Below, piece by piece: positions 56,155-64,000 of a stretch of DNA of 64,000 bases; position 1 is the first letter of the stretch; the number at the start of each line of letters is the position of its first letter. The position numbers were made by a program, and so were the translations under genes. The notes under the pieces are model-generated. The model was not told the origin of the DNA, did no database searches, and saw only the letters and a program-made list of their open reading frames with translations. Origin of the DNA: Opitutaceae bacterium (GTDB taxonomy: Bacteria; Verrucomicrobiota; Verrucomicrobiia; Opitutales; Opitutaceae); the NCBI GenBank assembly GCA_037142955.1, contig JBAWZQ010000003.1:8980-72979 (forward strand), in the 5' to 3' direction.

Positions 56155-58278
56155 ATGAAACGTCCCTACCGAATCTTCCTCTCGATTATCGCCGCTTTTT
56201 CGGCGATTTCTCTCGTGCTCGCCCAGGCGAACGTACCCACGGCATCCGCGCCGACGGTTACACTCGCTCCGGTGCTCGTTACCGCGGATCTGTGGGCCTC
56301 GCCGCTGGCGAAGTTACCCGCGAGCGTTTCGGTGTTTGACGATGCCGCGCTGCAGGCCGGTGGGGTGCGGCACTTTGGTGATTTGGTAGATCAAATCTCG
56401 AATCTCACGTGGACCGGCGGCACTTCCAGGCCGCGTTACTTTCAAATCCGTGGTATTGGTGAAAATTCCCAATACGAGGGCGAAACGCCCGATTCTGCTG
56501 TTCGCTTCCTGGTCGATGATATGGATTTCACGGGTCTTGGCACGCTCGGTGGCACATTCGATGTGAGCCAAGTCGAGGTGTTGCGTGGGCCCCAGGCTGG
56601 GGCCTTTGGCGCGAATGCCGCAGGGGGTGTCATTAGACTCGTGACCAACGCCCCAACTGCGTTCTGGACGGGACGCGTGGAGACCAACGCCGGCCAAGAC
56701 GCCTTGCGCGAAGCCGGTTTCGCACTGGGTGGACCGCTCGTTACGGCTAACCCAGAGCGCTTTATGGTGCGTCTCGCTGTTCACCAAAGTAACAGCGATG
56801 GCTTTCGCCACAATGTCACTCTCAAGCGTGACACCAACACCCGTGACGAATTCACCTCGCGCCTCCGCTTCACCGCCGTGCTCTCGCCCGTATGGCGGTT
56901 GGAAGGCTCCGTTTTGTATTCGAATGTGAATAATGGTTTTGATGAATTCGCGCTTGATAACAACGGCCGCCGCACCTTTAGCGACCAGCCCGGTCGTGAC
57001 GAGCAACGCTCCACCGCGGCCAGTCTCCGTGGTACCTACACAGGTCTGGCTGGCGCACGCCTCACGTCCGTGACCGGCGTCAGTCGCGTTAAATCCGTTT
57101 ATTCTTACGATGACGATTGGACCGCTGCATCTTATGCTGGTTTTAGTGACCTTCGCCGCAAGCGCTCGGTCTTGAACCAAGAAGTTCGCCTCGATTCTAC
57201 CACTACAAGTGCCGCGCTCGGATGGATCGATCGTTGGACGCTCGGTGCATTTTTCTCTAACACCCACGAGACTGGCGCCTACACCGACAAGGATCCCTAT
57301 GATATCCGCGGTCTCAATACCCGTTACAACGCCGACAACTTTGCGCTGTTCGGTCAGATCGCGCATGACCTAGCGGCGCACACACGTTTGATTGTGGGCC
57401 TCCGTACGGAGCGCGTGAATCTTGAAGGACGCGGCACCAAACCCCGCAGTTCCTACGATTCGGCTGTCACGTTCCATCCGTCCTTCGATGATACTCTATT
57501 GGGAGGTAAGGTTACCCTTGAGCACGATATTACTCCTGCAGTCCTCGCTTTTACCTCCATCACTCGTGGCTACAAGGCCGGCGGGATCAACATCGATGCT
57601 CGTATCAGCCCCCCCGCCGATCCGCTTACCTACGGCACCGAGCAAATCTGGAACTACGAAGCCGGTTTCCGGGCCCATGCGCTCGACCACCGGCTCACTG
57701 CTGAAATCACAGCGTTTTACCTCGATCGAGCCCATACGCAGGTGCGTGACTCCGCTGGTTTCGGTGGCAACTATCGCTTTTTCACCGGCAATGGCCGACG
57801 CGCCCATGTCACCGGCTTTGAGACTGCCGCGACCTATGCTGTTACCCGGGCTTGGTCGTTCCGTGGCACACTCGCCCAGATGAGTTCACAGCTTGATCGG
57901 TTCCAGCTCACCAATGGCAATATGGGGGGTGGTCGCGCCCTCGCGAATACCCCGCGCTACGGCTATACGTTCGGTACCAATTTCCACCGTGCTACTACGG
58001 CGGGAATTTTTGCTCACGCTGAGATCGTTGGTCGCGCTACTCAGTTCGACTCCAACAACCAGAATGAGGCCCGCCGCGCGTTCCACCTCTACAACGCCAG
58101 CCTCGGTTACGCGTGGCAGCAATGGACGTTTACCGTTTGGGGTAAAAATCTGCTGAACACACGTTACGAGAAACGCGTGTTTTTCTTCGGTAACGCCGAT
58201 CCTGATTACATCGAGACGCGCTATGAAGATCGCGCTGATCCACGCCAACTTGGGGTCAGTGCTGCGTATCGTTTTTGA
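56155..58278 (+). CDS. TonB-dependent outer-membrane receptor (TPP-riboswitch controlled; likely thiamine or thiamine-precursor uptake)
   Basis: Signal peptide MKRPYRIFLSIIAAFSAISLVLAQA, plug domain (VEVLRGPQ), beta-barrel repeats, and a terminal AAYRF. A THI element lies immediately upstream. Confidence 0.85.
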   Translation: MKRPYRIFLSIIAAFSAISLVLAQANVPTASAPTVTLAPVLVTADLWASPLAKLPASVSVFDDAALQAGGVRHFGDLVDQISNLTWTGGTSRPRYFQIRGIGENSQYEGETPDSAVRFLVDDMDFTGLGTLGGTFDVSQVEVLRGPQAGAFGANAAGGVIRLVTNAPTAFWTGRVETNAGQDALREAGFALGGPLVTANPERFMVRLAVHQSNSDGFRHNVTLKRDTNTRDEFTSRLRFTAVLSPVWRLEGSVLYSNVNNGFDEFALDNNGRRTFSDQPGRDEQRSTAASLRGTYTGLAGARLTSVTGVSRVKSVYSYDDDWTAASYAGFSDLRRKRSVLNQEVRLDSTTTSAALGWIDRWTLGAFFSNTHETGAYTDKDPYDIRGLNTRYNADNFALFGQIAHDLAAHTRLIVGLRTERVNLEGRGTKPRSSYDSAVTFHPSFDDTLLGGKVTLEHDITPAVLAFTSITRGYKAGGINIDARISPPADPLTYGTEQIWNYEAGFRAHALDHRLTAEITAFYLDRAHTQVRDSAGFGGNYRFFTGNGRRAHVTGFETAATYAVTRAWSFRGTLAQMSSQLDRFQLTNGNMGGGRALANTPRYGYTFGTNFHRATTAGIFAHAEIVGRATQFDSNNQNEARRAFHLYNASLGYAWQQWTFTVWGKNLLNTRYEKRVFFFGNADPDYIETRYEDRADPRQLGVSAAYRF

Positions 58279-58285
58279 GCGGGCA

Positions 58286-58323
58286 GTCCCGCGCGTTCCG
58301 AGGCTTTAAATTACGCGCGGGAC
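58286..58323 (+). terminator. 10-bp GC-rich inverted repeat after the receptor gene
   Basis: GTCCCGCGCG..18 nt..CGCGCGGGAC, 8 nt after the stop codon. There is no T-run, so terminator function is uncertain. Confidence 0.3.
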
Positions 58324-58373
58324 GCTACGTGTTCAGCGTTGAGCGGCGGCTATTCCATCCTTACGTTTGAAGC

Positions 58374-58970
58374 ATGATCGGACTCCAAGACGGCGCCGGT
58401 GGGCTTGCCAAAAAGAAAAAAGCGGAACGGGTTTTTCCTCTTCACCTGACCGTGCTCGGCACCGAGCCTCGCGTCTGGCGGGTCTTGCTCGTGCGCGAAT
58501 CAATGTGGTTGTCCCGGTTGCATGATAGCATCCAAGTGGCCTTCGATTGGTTCGATTATCAGACGCACGTTTTTAATTTTGAGGACCTGCGTTTTGGCAA
58601 TCCGCTCAAGCGTCAGGAGGTTCTGATCGAGGACGATCGCGACATCTCTTTGGCGGATCTGGATCTGGAAAGTCGCGCTTCGTTCACTTATGGCTATAAT
58701 TTTTCTGAGGGTTGGGTGGTGGATATCCGTGTCGATAAACCGGTGCTGATGGAGAAGGGCTTGCGTTATCCGCATTGCCTCTCAGGCGAGCGGGCGGGCC
58801 CCCCGGAGGATTGCGGTGGGATTGAGGCGTTTCACGACATGCTTGCGTGTTTGCGGGAACCAGAAACCGATCTTGGTCGGGAGTGGCGCGAGTGGATTGG
58901 CCCCGACTACAACCCTGAGGTGTGCGAGGTAGTTAAAATCAACGCGGCGCTCCGGCGTCTTACGAAATAA
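58374..58970 (+). CDS. pRiA4b ORF-3-like (MM3350-like) domain protein
   Basis: Contains LHLTVLGTEPRVWRVLLVRESMWLSRLHDSIQVAFDWFDYQTHVF and GERAGPPEDCGG, the typical pattern of this plasmid/IS-passenger family. Confidence 0.6.
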   Translation: MIGLQDGAGGLAKKKKAERVFPLHLTVLGTEPRVWRVLLVRESMWLSRLHDSIQVAFDWFDYQTHVFNFEDLRFGNPLKRQEVLIEDDRDISLADLDLESRASFTYGYNFSEGWVVDIRVDKPVLMEKGLRYPHCLSGERAGPPEDCGGIEAFHDMLACLREPETDLGREWREWIGPDYNPEVCEVVKINAALRRLTK

Positions 58971-59000
58971 GGCCGAAGCGCGCCTCTTAGCATCGGGGCC

Positions 59001-60446
59001 TCAAGGCGCCGGGGTGATCCGAGCGATGCGACTAGGCAAGAGCACGTAGAGTGCGCCGTCTGGCCCCCCGATTACATGGCGGATGCGGCCAATATTTTTG
59101 AAGATGATTTCCTGGGCGACAACTTTACTGTCGGCGATTTCGATGCGGCGGAGTTCTTCGGCAGCAAGCGAGGCGACAAAGAGCTGGTTTTTCCATTTTG
59201 GAAACAGATCGCCGGTGTAAAAGTTAGCACCGCACGGTGCGATAGAAGGCACCCAGTAAGTGAGCGGTTGCTCCATGCCATCTTTAGCGGTGATGTCGAC
59301 CATGGCGGTTCCATCATAATTCATGCCGTAGGTGATGACGGGCCAGCCGTAGTTGAGGCCTTTTTTGACGAGGTTGAGTTCGTCGCCGCCGCGGGGCCCG
59401 TGCTCAGCGTCGAAGAGTTCTCCGGTTACAGGGTGGAAGGCGAGGCCTTGCGGGTTGCGGTGGCCATAGCTCCAGATGGTGGTATCGGCTTTAGCGTCAC
59501 CGACGAAGGGATTATCGGCGGGGATGCGGCCGTCGTCGTGGAGGCGATGGACTTTGCCGTTGGGGCGCGAGATATCTTGAGCGTGCGGGCCTTGGCCGCG
59601 TTCGCCGATGGTGAAGTAGAGATAACCTTGGCGATCGAAGGCGATACGGCCGCCAAAGTGAACGCCGCCGGCTTTAATGTAGTGCTCAAGTTTGCCTTGG
59701 TAAATCGTCTGCTGATCGATGAGAGCGCCGTCTTTGATTTTGCCGCGAATGATACGCGTGAGGCTGACCTTGGCGCCGTCGGCGTTTTGCTGGGGATCGC
59801 TGAAGGCAAGATAGAGCCAGCCGTTGTTGGCATAATCGGGATGAGCAACGACGTCGAACAGTCCGGCTTGGCCTGCGGTGTCGACGGCGGGCACACCACT
59901 TAGGGGGCGATCGGCGAGTTTACCGTTTTCGATCAGATACAGGTAGCCGCGTTTTTCCGTGACCACCGCTTGGGTGGGCGAGAGAAAGGCAAGGGACCAA
60001 GGTTCTTTGAGTCCACCGATCCAGGTGTTGAGTTGATAAGCGTGGAGTTGACTTTGCGCCGTCATGGAATCGGCGGGTTTGACGAACTGGGTTTTTTCTC
60101 GGGCGGCCTTGGCGCGGAGTTCACGGATGTAAATGACCATCGCTCGGATTTCTTTGTCGGGAATCGCGGCCCCCCACGCGGGCATGCCTTTGTCGGGAAA
60201 GCCGGTACGGATGCTTTTGGCGAGGCTCTCGTCATCGCCGCCGTTGGTCCAGACGTCGTCGAGCATCGAGGGCGCCATGGCGCCCTCGAGATTTTTACCG
60301 TGGCAGTTAGCACAAAGCTGTTGGAAGCGCTCAGCGACGGTGCCGGTGCGAACGGCTTGGGCGGTGAGGCGAGGGGACGTCAGCGCGGTGGCGACGGCGG
60401 CGAGTACAAGGAGCGGTCGAAGGAGGTGGGGGCGGAAGAGAAGCAT
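59001..60446 (-). CDS. Cytochrome c domain fused to a PQQ-dependent sugar dehydrogenase (soluble GDH-B/sorbosone dehydrogenase family)
   Basis: Signal peptide and heme motif CANCH with a distal MPAW. Beta-propeller motifs PDYANNGWLYLAF, SYGHRNPQGLAFHP, EHGPRGGDELN and LNYGWP. The internal Met at 60446 is preferred. Confidence 0.8.
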   Translation of the reverse strand: MLLFRPHLLRPLLVLAAVATALTSPRLTAQAVRTGTVAERFQQLCANCHGKNLEGAMAPSMLDDVWTNGGDDESLAKSIRTGFPDKGMPAWGAAIPDKEIRAMVIYIRELRAKAAREKTQFVKPADSMTAQSQLHAYQLNTWIGGLKEPWSLAFLSPTQAVVTEKRGYLYLIENGKLADRPLSGVPAVDTAGQAGLFDVVAHPDYANNGWLYLAFSDPQQNADGAKVSLTRIIRGKIKDGALIDQQTIYQGKLEHYIKAGGVHFGGRIAFDRQGYLYFTIGERGQGPHAQDISRPNGKVHRLHDDGRIPADNPFVGDAKADTTIWSYGHRNPQGLAFHPVTGELFDAEHGPRGGDELNLVKKGLNYGWPVITYGMNYDGTAMVDITAKDGMEQPLTYWVPSIAPCGANFYTGDLFPKWKNQLFVASLAAEELRRIEIADSKVVAQEIIFKNIGRIRHVIGGPDGALYVLLPSRIARITPAP

Positions 60447-60589
60447 GCGCCGTTCAAGAAAGCTAGTGCGGGGCTTGGCGCAAGGTTCAGAATGCGCAGG
60501 CAACCAAAAATATTAGCGATGATTTTAAAGCTAGGTGGTTTGAAACCAACGCTGATGGCCCCCGATTGCGGCGATTTTTGGCTCAAAAT

Positions 60590-62164
60590 CTAGAGGTCCA
60601 CCCTGCGAATACGAAGCGCAAGATAGGGTTTGCCCGGAAGTGTGATGGATTGGCCAGAGACATCTTCGAAGATGTAGTCGTCTTTTTTCTTGGTGACGAA
60701 GGTGCCTGGGATGGGCGTGACCGTCATCGCCCACGTATCGAGAATCTCGATCTTAAATTTGAGGCCATCAGAAAGTTTGTTTTTGTTCAGCTCGAACCGC
60801 CAGGACGTGGGGCGTTCTTTGCCGAAATAAAGCAGGTAGTATTCGCCGGGTTGGCCGCCGAAGCGAGGGTCCTGCCATTTATCGATGGGGTTGATGCCCT
60901 CAGCAGGGCCTTCGGCCATGACTTGGCGGAGAAAGGCGAGGCGCGCGGGACTTTCGCCGCGGAGGATGCCGCCCTTGGCCCACCAAATAACATCATCAGC
61001 GGGGTTGAGGTACGTTTCACCATGGCCGACGTAGGTGCCAGCGATGTGTCCGTTCCAAAAACGAAACACCATTTCCTCGGCGGAGAGATTGCCCCAGCGA
61101 CGCGGGAGATCGCCCTCGTATTTTACTTCATCGTAAACGACAGGTTTGCGGTAGGCGTCGCGGTAAAGCTCGGCGCGGCCTGGTTCCTCGACAGCAGAGC
61201 CGTTTTGGATACTGGCGTGAGTTACCCAGGTTTGGTTGTGGTTGTAAATTAACGTACCGTTGTGGATGGAGCGCAGGTGCGCGTATGGGTCACTCTCTTG
61301 GACGATGAGACCGAAGCGATCCCAGTCTGGCTCCGTCTTTTCTTTCATAAAATCGTATTCGTTGGCGAGGGACCACCAAATGTTGCGATAGGCGGCGAGC
61401 CGGGCGATGACGTAGCGCAGGTAGCGATCATCGCTCGCTGAGTCCATGCGATCAAATCCCCAGCGACCTTTATCGTAGGGGTGAAATAGAATGATATCGG
61501 CCTCGATCCCAAGTTCGCTCAATTGCGTGATCCGCTTTTCGAGGTGGTTAAAGTAGTTGGGGTTGAACCGCGTGAAATCCCACGACGACGGTGGTGTGCC
61601 GGCGAATGGATAAATCGGCGGCTCGTTCTTGTTCCAGTCGTAATTTTTGGGAAACACGCAGAACCGGATTTTATTAAATGGAGCGGCGGCGAGCGTGCGT
61701 AGCGTTTCTTCCTCTAACTGGTTTCCTTGGTGCGTCCACGCATAGGCTGTGGTGCCAATCTGGTGGAATGGCGTGCCGTCGGCATAGGCAAAATGATAAG
61801 TGTGAGCCACGCGAACTGGGCCGTGGTTTTTTGCGCTGGGCGGCGTGACGATCACGCTGCCGGTTTTTCCGTCGAGCTCGGGACGATTGCTGCGTGTGAT
61901 ATATCGCCATTCGCCGGTTTTATTGGGCATGAAGCGCAGGAGGTACTGTCCCTCACCGTTGTAAAATCCAGTGATATTGATCACGCTGTTTCCCTGAGCG
62001 AAGCGAGCGGCTAGCTCGACCTCGAGAAACGGGTTTCCGTTAGCGGGGCCTGTGAGATTAAGCTCAAATCGGCCCCATTGCTCGACCTGCATCGGCGCTT
62101 CGCTCACGGCTAAAACTTGAGCGAGGTTTAAGGCTAAAAACGTAAAAAGCACTCTGGGAATCAT
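60590..62164 (-). CDS. DUF5060 + DUF4038 (GH140/cellulase-like) glycoside hydrolase-like protein
   Basis: Signal peptide, an N-terminal Ig-like block (WGRFELNL..GNPF..ITGFYNGEG.Y..RFMP...GEWRY), and a TIM-barrel-like core (IRFCVFPK.YDWN, WWSLANEYD). Confidence 0.6.
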   Translation of the reverse strand: MIPRVLFTFLALNLAQVLAVSEAPMQVEQWGRFELNLTGPANGNPFLEVELAARFAQGNSVINITGFYNGEGQYLLRFMPNKTGEWRYITRSNRPELDGKTGSVIVTPPSAKNHGPVRVAHTYHFAYADGTPFHQIGTTAYAWTHQGNQLEEETLRTLAAAPFNKIRFCVFPKNYDWNKNEPPIYPFAGTPPSSWDFTRFNPNYFNHLEKRITQLSELGIEADIILFHPYDKGRWGFDRMDSASDDRYLRYVIARLAAYRNIWWSLANEYDFMKEKTEPDWDRFGLIVQESDPYAHLRSIHNGTLIYNHNQTWVTHASIQNGSAVEEPGRAELYRDAYRKPVVYDEVKYEGDLPRRWGNLSAEEMVFRFWNGHIAGTYVGHGETYLNPADDVIWWAKGGILRGESPARLAFLRQVMAEGPAEGINPIDKWQDPRFGGQPGEYYLLYFGKERPTSWRFELNKNKLSDGLKFKIEILDTWAMTVTPIPGTFVTKKKDDYIFEDVSGQSITLPGKPYLALRIRRVDL

Positions 62165-62212
62165 GCTTTTTTTAGCATGGCGTGAAGTAGCTCGGTGTCG
62201 AGCAGCTGAGTC

Positions 62213-62974
62213 TTATGGAGTGACGCGTTTGCGAAAAATAATGACGTGTTGGCGTGGGAGTCCGGGAAAAGTTTCCACATAGTCGAGGGGTTGTGCAGTC
62301 ATCTCTAGCTTCACTTGGGCTTCGGTCATTTTGTGTAGAGCTTTAATCGGCACAGCGGAATCCTCACCGCGATATTCGATAAACACGACGCGGCCGCCAG
62401 GTTTCAGGCTCCGGCAGACGGCGGCGATGAATTCCGCAGGCCGACTGCATTCGTGGTAAACATCGACCATTATCGCCAGATCGACGGGCTGGGGTAGTTT
62501 TGGATCGTCGACGGTACTGACCACTCCTGTGACGTTGGATACGCCGCGTTCTTTCATGTTCTCCGCGAGCAATGCGATCATCTCGGGCTGAATATCGACG
62601 CCATACACCACGCCCCGCGGCCCCACGGCCTGCGCCATGCGCCAGCTAAAATAGCCCGTACCACAGCCCAGATCCGCTACGATATCGCCGGGTTTGAGCG
62701 CGAGCGCTTTTAGTACCAGATCCGGTCGCTCCTCGGTGTCACGTTCCGGCCGATCCAGCCAAGGCGCCGCCAAATGCGTCATGTAGTGGGCGATCTCGCG
62801 GTCAAAATAATATATCCCTAGACCATCGCGCGTTTTTTTACCCTGTGTATAAGGCGTCGATTCGCGCGAAGTTTCCGCCGTTGCAATCCAAGAAGACGCG
62901 CTAGCTCCGAGGACTAAAAGCATGATCCACGTGCGGGGGCTGGGGCTGCGCCAGAGTGGGGGGCTCATACGCAA
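62213..62974 (-). CDS. Class I SAM-dependent methyltransferase with an N-terminal hydrophobic signal or anchor
   Basis: Motif I VADLGCGTGYFS, post-I VYGVDIQ, and an N-terminal WIMLLVLGASASSWIA. Confidence 0.75.
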   Translation of the reverse strand: MRMSPPLWRSPSPRTWIMLLVLGASASSWIATAETSRESTPYTQGKKTRDGLGIYYFDREIAHYMTHLAAPWLDRPERDTEERPDLVLKALALKPGDIVADLGCGTGYFSWRMAQAVGPRGVVYGVDIQPEMIALLAENMKERGVSNVTGVVSTVDDPKLPQPVDLAIMVDVYHECSRPAEFIAAVCRSLKPGGRVVFIEYRGEDSAVPIKALHKMTEAQVKLEMTAQPLDYVETFPGLPRQHVIIFRKRVTP

Positions 62975-63067
62975 AACGTCCGGCTCGCGCCCCGGGTTGA
63001 CAAGGGAAAACCCGACTGCGTTTCGGAGTTGAGACTTCTATGCTTTCAGATCGTATTATCGGCCTTT

Positions 63068-64000
63068 ATGACTCTCCGCCCCACTTTGCTCGTCATCCTG
63101 GCTTCCCTTTGTGCCGCGCCAATGTACGCCCAAAGCGGCGACCGCCCTGGTGAAGTGCAGCTACCGCCCGCATCGCACATCAAGGTCCCGCCCGCTCCCG
63201 TGCTCGCGCCGAGCGATGCTTTAAAAACTTTCAAGATTGCCCCAGGTTTCCACATCGAACTGGTCGCCGCTGAGCCCTTGGTGCACGATCCGATCGCACT
63301 CACATTTGCCCCCGATGGCCGTCTCTGGGTTGTCGAGATGCGAGGTTACATGCCCAACGTCGATGGTAAAGGCGAGGACGCGCCCATTGGCTCCATCGCC
63401 GTGCTCGAAGACACTGACGGTGACGGCCGCATGGACAAGCGTACCGTGTTTCTCGACGGCCTTGTGATGCCACGAGCATTTGCGCTTGTGGACGACGGTG
63501 TCTTGGTCGCTGAGCCGCCACATCTCTGGTTTGCCCGCGATAAAAATGGCGACGGTATTGCCGATGAAAAAATTGAGATCGCCACCGACTACGGCCGGAC
63601 GGTGAACCCGGAGCACAACGCTAACGGCCTCATGTGGGCGCTCGACAATTGGATCTACAGCGCGAACCACACCGCCCGCTTTCGCTACGCCGGCGGCGGT
63701 AAATTTAAGCGAGAATCCACCGTCACGCGCGGCCAATGGGGCATTACCCAAGACGACACCGGTCGCATCTATTATAATAGTAACAGTGATCCGCTCCGCG
63801 TTGATGCCTTGCCTTCGGCTTACCTGCGCCGCAATTCGGCGTTCATCGCCGAGGGTAACAACGTCGCCGTTGTGCCTGAAAATCTTCGCGTCTGGCCTGG
63901 GCGCGTAACCACTGGGATCAACCGCGGCTACAAATCCCTCGACGATGACGGCAAAATGTTCGCCGTCACCGCGGCCTGCGGCCCGGTCATCTATCGTGGC
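63068..64000 (+). CDS. Putative membrane-bound dehydrogenase-domain protein (PVC-type), N-terminal part; runs off the window
   Basis: Not in the ORF track because no stop lies in the window. The ATG at 63068 gives MTLRPTLLVILASLCAAPMYAQ (a signal peptide). It continues FKIAPGFHIELVAAEPLVHDPIALTFAPDGRLWVVEM...DTDGDGRMDK...DKNGDGIAD, open in frame to 64000. Confidence 0.65.
   Translation, partial: MTLRPTLLVILASLCAAPMYAQSGDRPGEVQLPPASHIKVPPAPVLAPSDALKTFKIAPGFHIELVAAEPLVHDPIALTFAPDGRLWVVEMRGYMPNVDGKGEDAPIGSIAVLEDTDGDGRMDKRTVFLDGLVMPRAFALVDDGVLVAEPPHLWFARDKNGDGIADEKIEIATDYGRTVNPEHNANGLMWALDNWIYSANHTARFRYAGGGKFKRESTVTRGQWGITQDDTGRIYYNSNSDPLRVDALPSAYLRRNSAFIAEGNNVAVVPENLRVWPGRVTTGINRGYKSLDDDGKMFAVTAACGPVIYRG

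Noticed and set aside
56314-57366. 350-aa minus-strand ORF inside the TonB-dependent receptor gene.
   Set aside because: It is an antisense shadow ORF. The plus strand has a signal peptide, a plug, barrel repeats and a terminal Phe, and is preceded by a riboswitch.

Overview
High-GC bacterial chromosomal window. The gene content suggests a Verrucomicrobiota/PVC-type genome, which is inference only: three PSCyt/DUF1549/DUF1553 + DUF1501 gene pairs, a membrane-bound-dehydrogenase-like protein and a long tandem ThyX-like protein. Layout: (a) 1-4460 is a decayed accessory patch. It holds a DUF433/DUF5615 TA pair, three tRNA-Ser-like 3' fragments, a TacA/TacT-like GNAT TA pair, an IS3-family element with a -1 frameshift site, and a 5'-truncated TnpB (IS605-family) remnant. 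(b) 4602-18173 is a 13-gene complex I operon, nuoB to nuoN; nuoA is absent from its expected position. It is followed tightly by a DUF429 gene and a tandem-repeat ThyX-like gene. (c) 20357-24687 holds housekeeping genes (rarA, an FKBP lipoprotein, a YfcC-like carrier). (d) 24701-36275 is a tight six-gene minus-strand cluster of exported PVC-signature proteins of unknown function; a third paralogous pair lies at 43358-47419. (e) The remainder holds a DAACS symporter, hrpA, dienelactone hydrolase, an ABC ATPase, ArsC/Spx-like, tatD, ptsH, kdsB, carA and a KamA-like radical SAM gene. (f) The low-GC gap at 55534-56154 contains two tandem promoter-to-terminator units that look like paralogous small RNAs I do not recognise. 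These are followed by a clear TPP riboswitch with a terminator in front of a TonB-dependent receptor. (g) 58374-64000 holds a pRiA4b ORF-3-like gene, a cytochrome c-PQQ dehydrogenase fusion, a DUF5060/DUF4038 glycosidase-like gene, a methyltransferase and a partial membrane-bound-dehydrogenase-like gene. No CRISPR array or rRNA was seen, and no intact tRNA. All family assignments come from motif recognition by eye; no searches were run.
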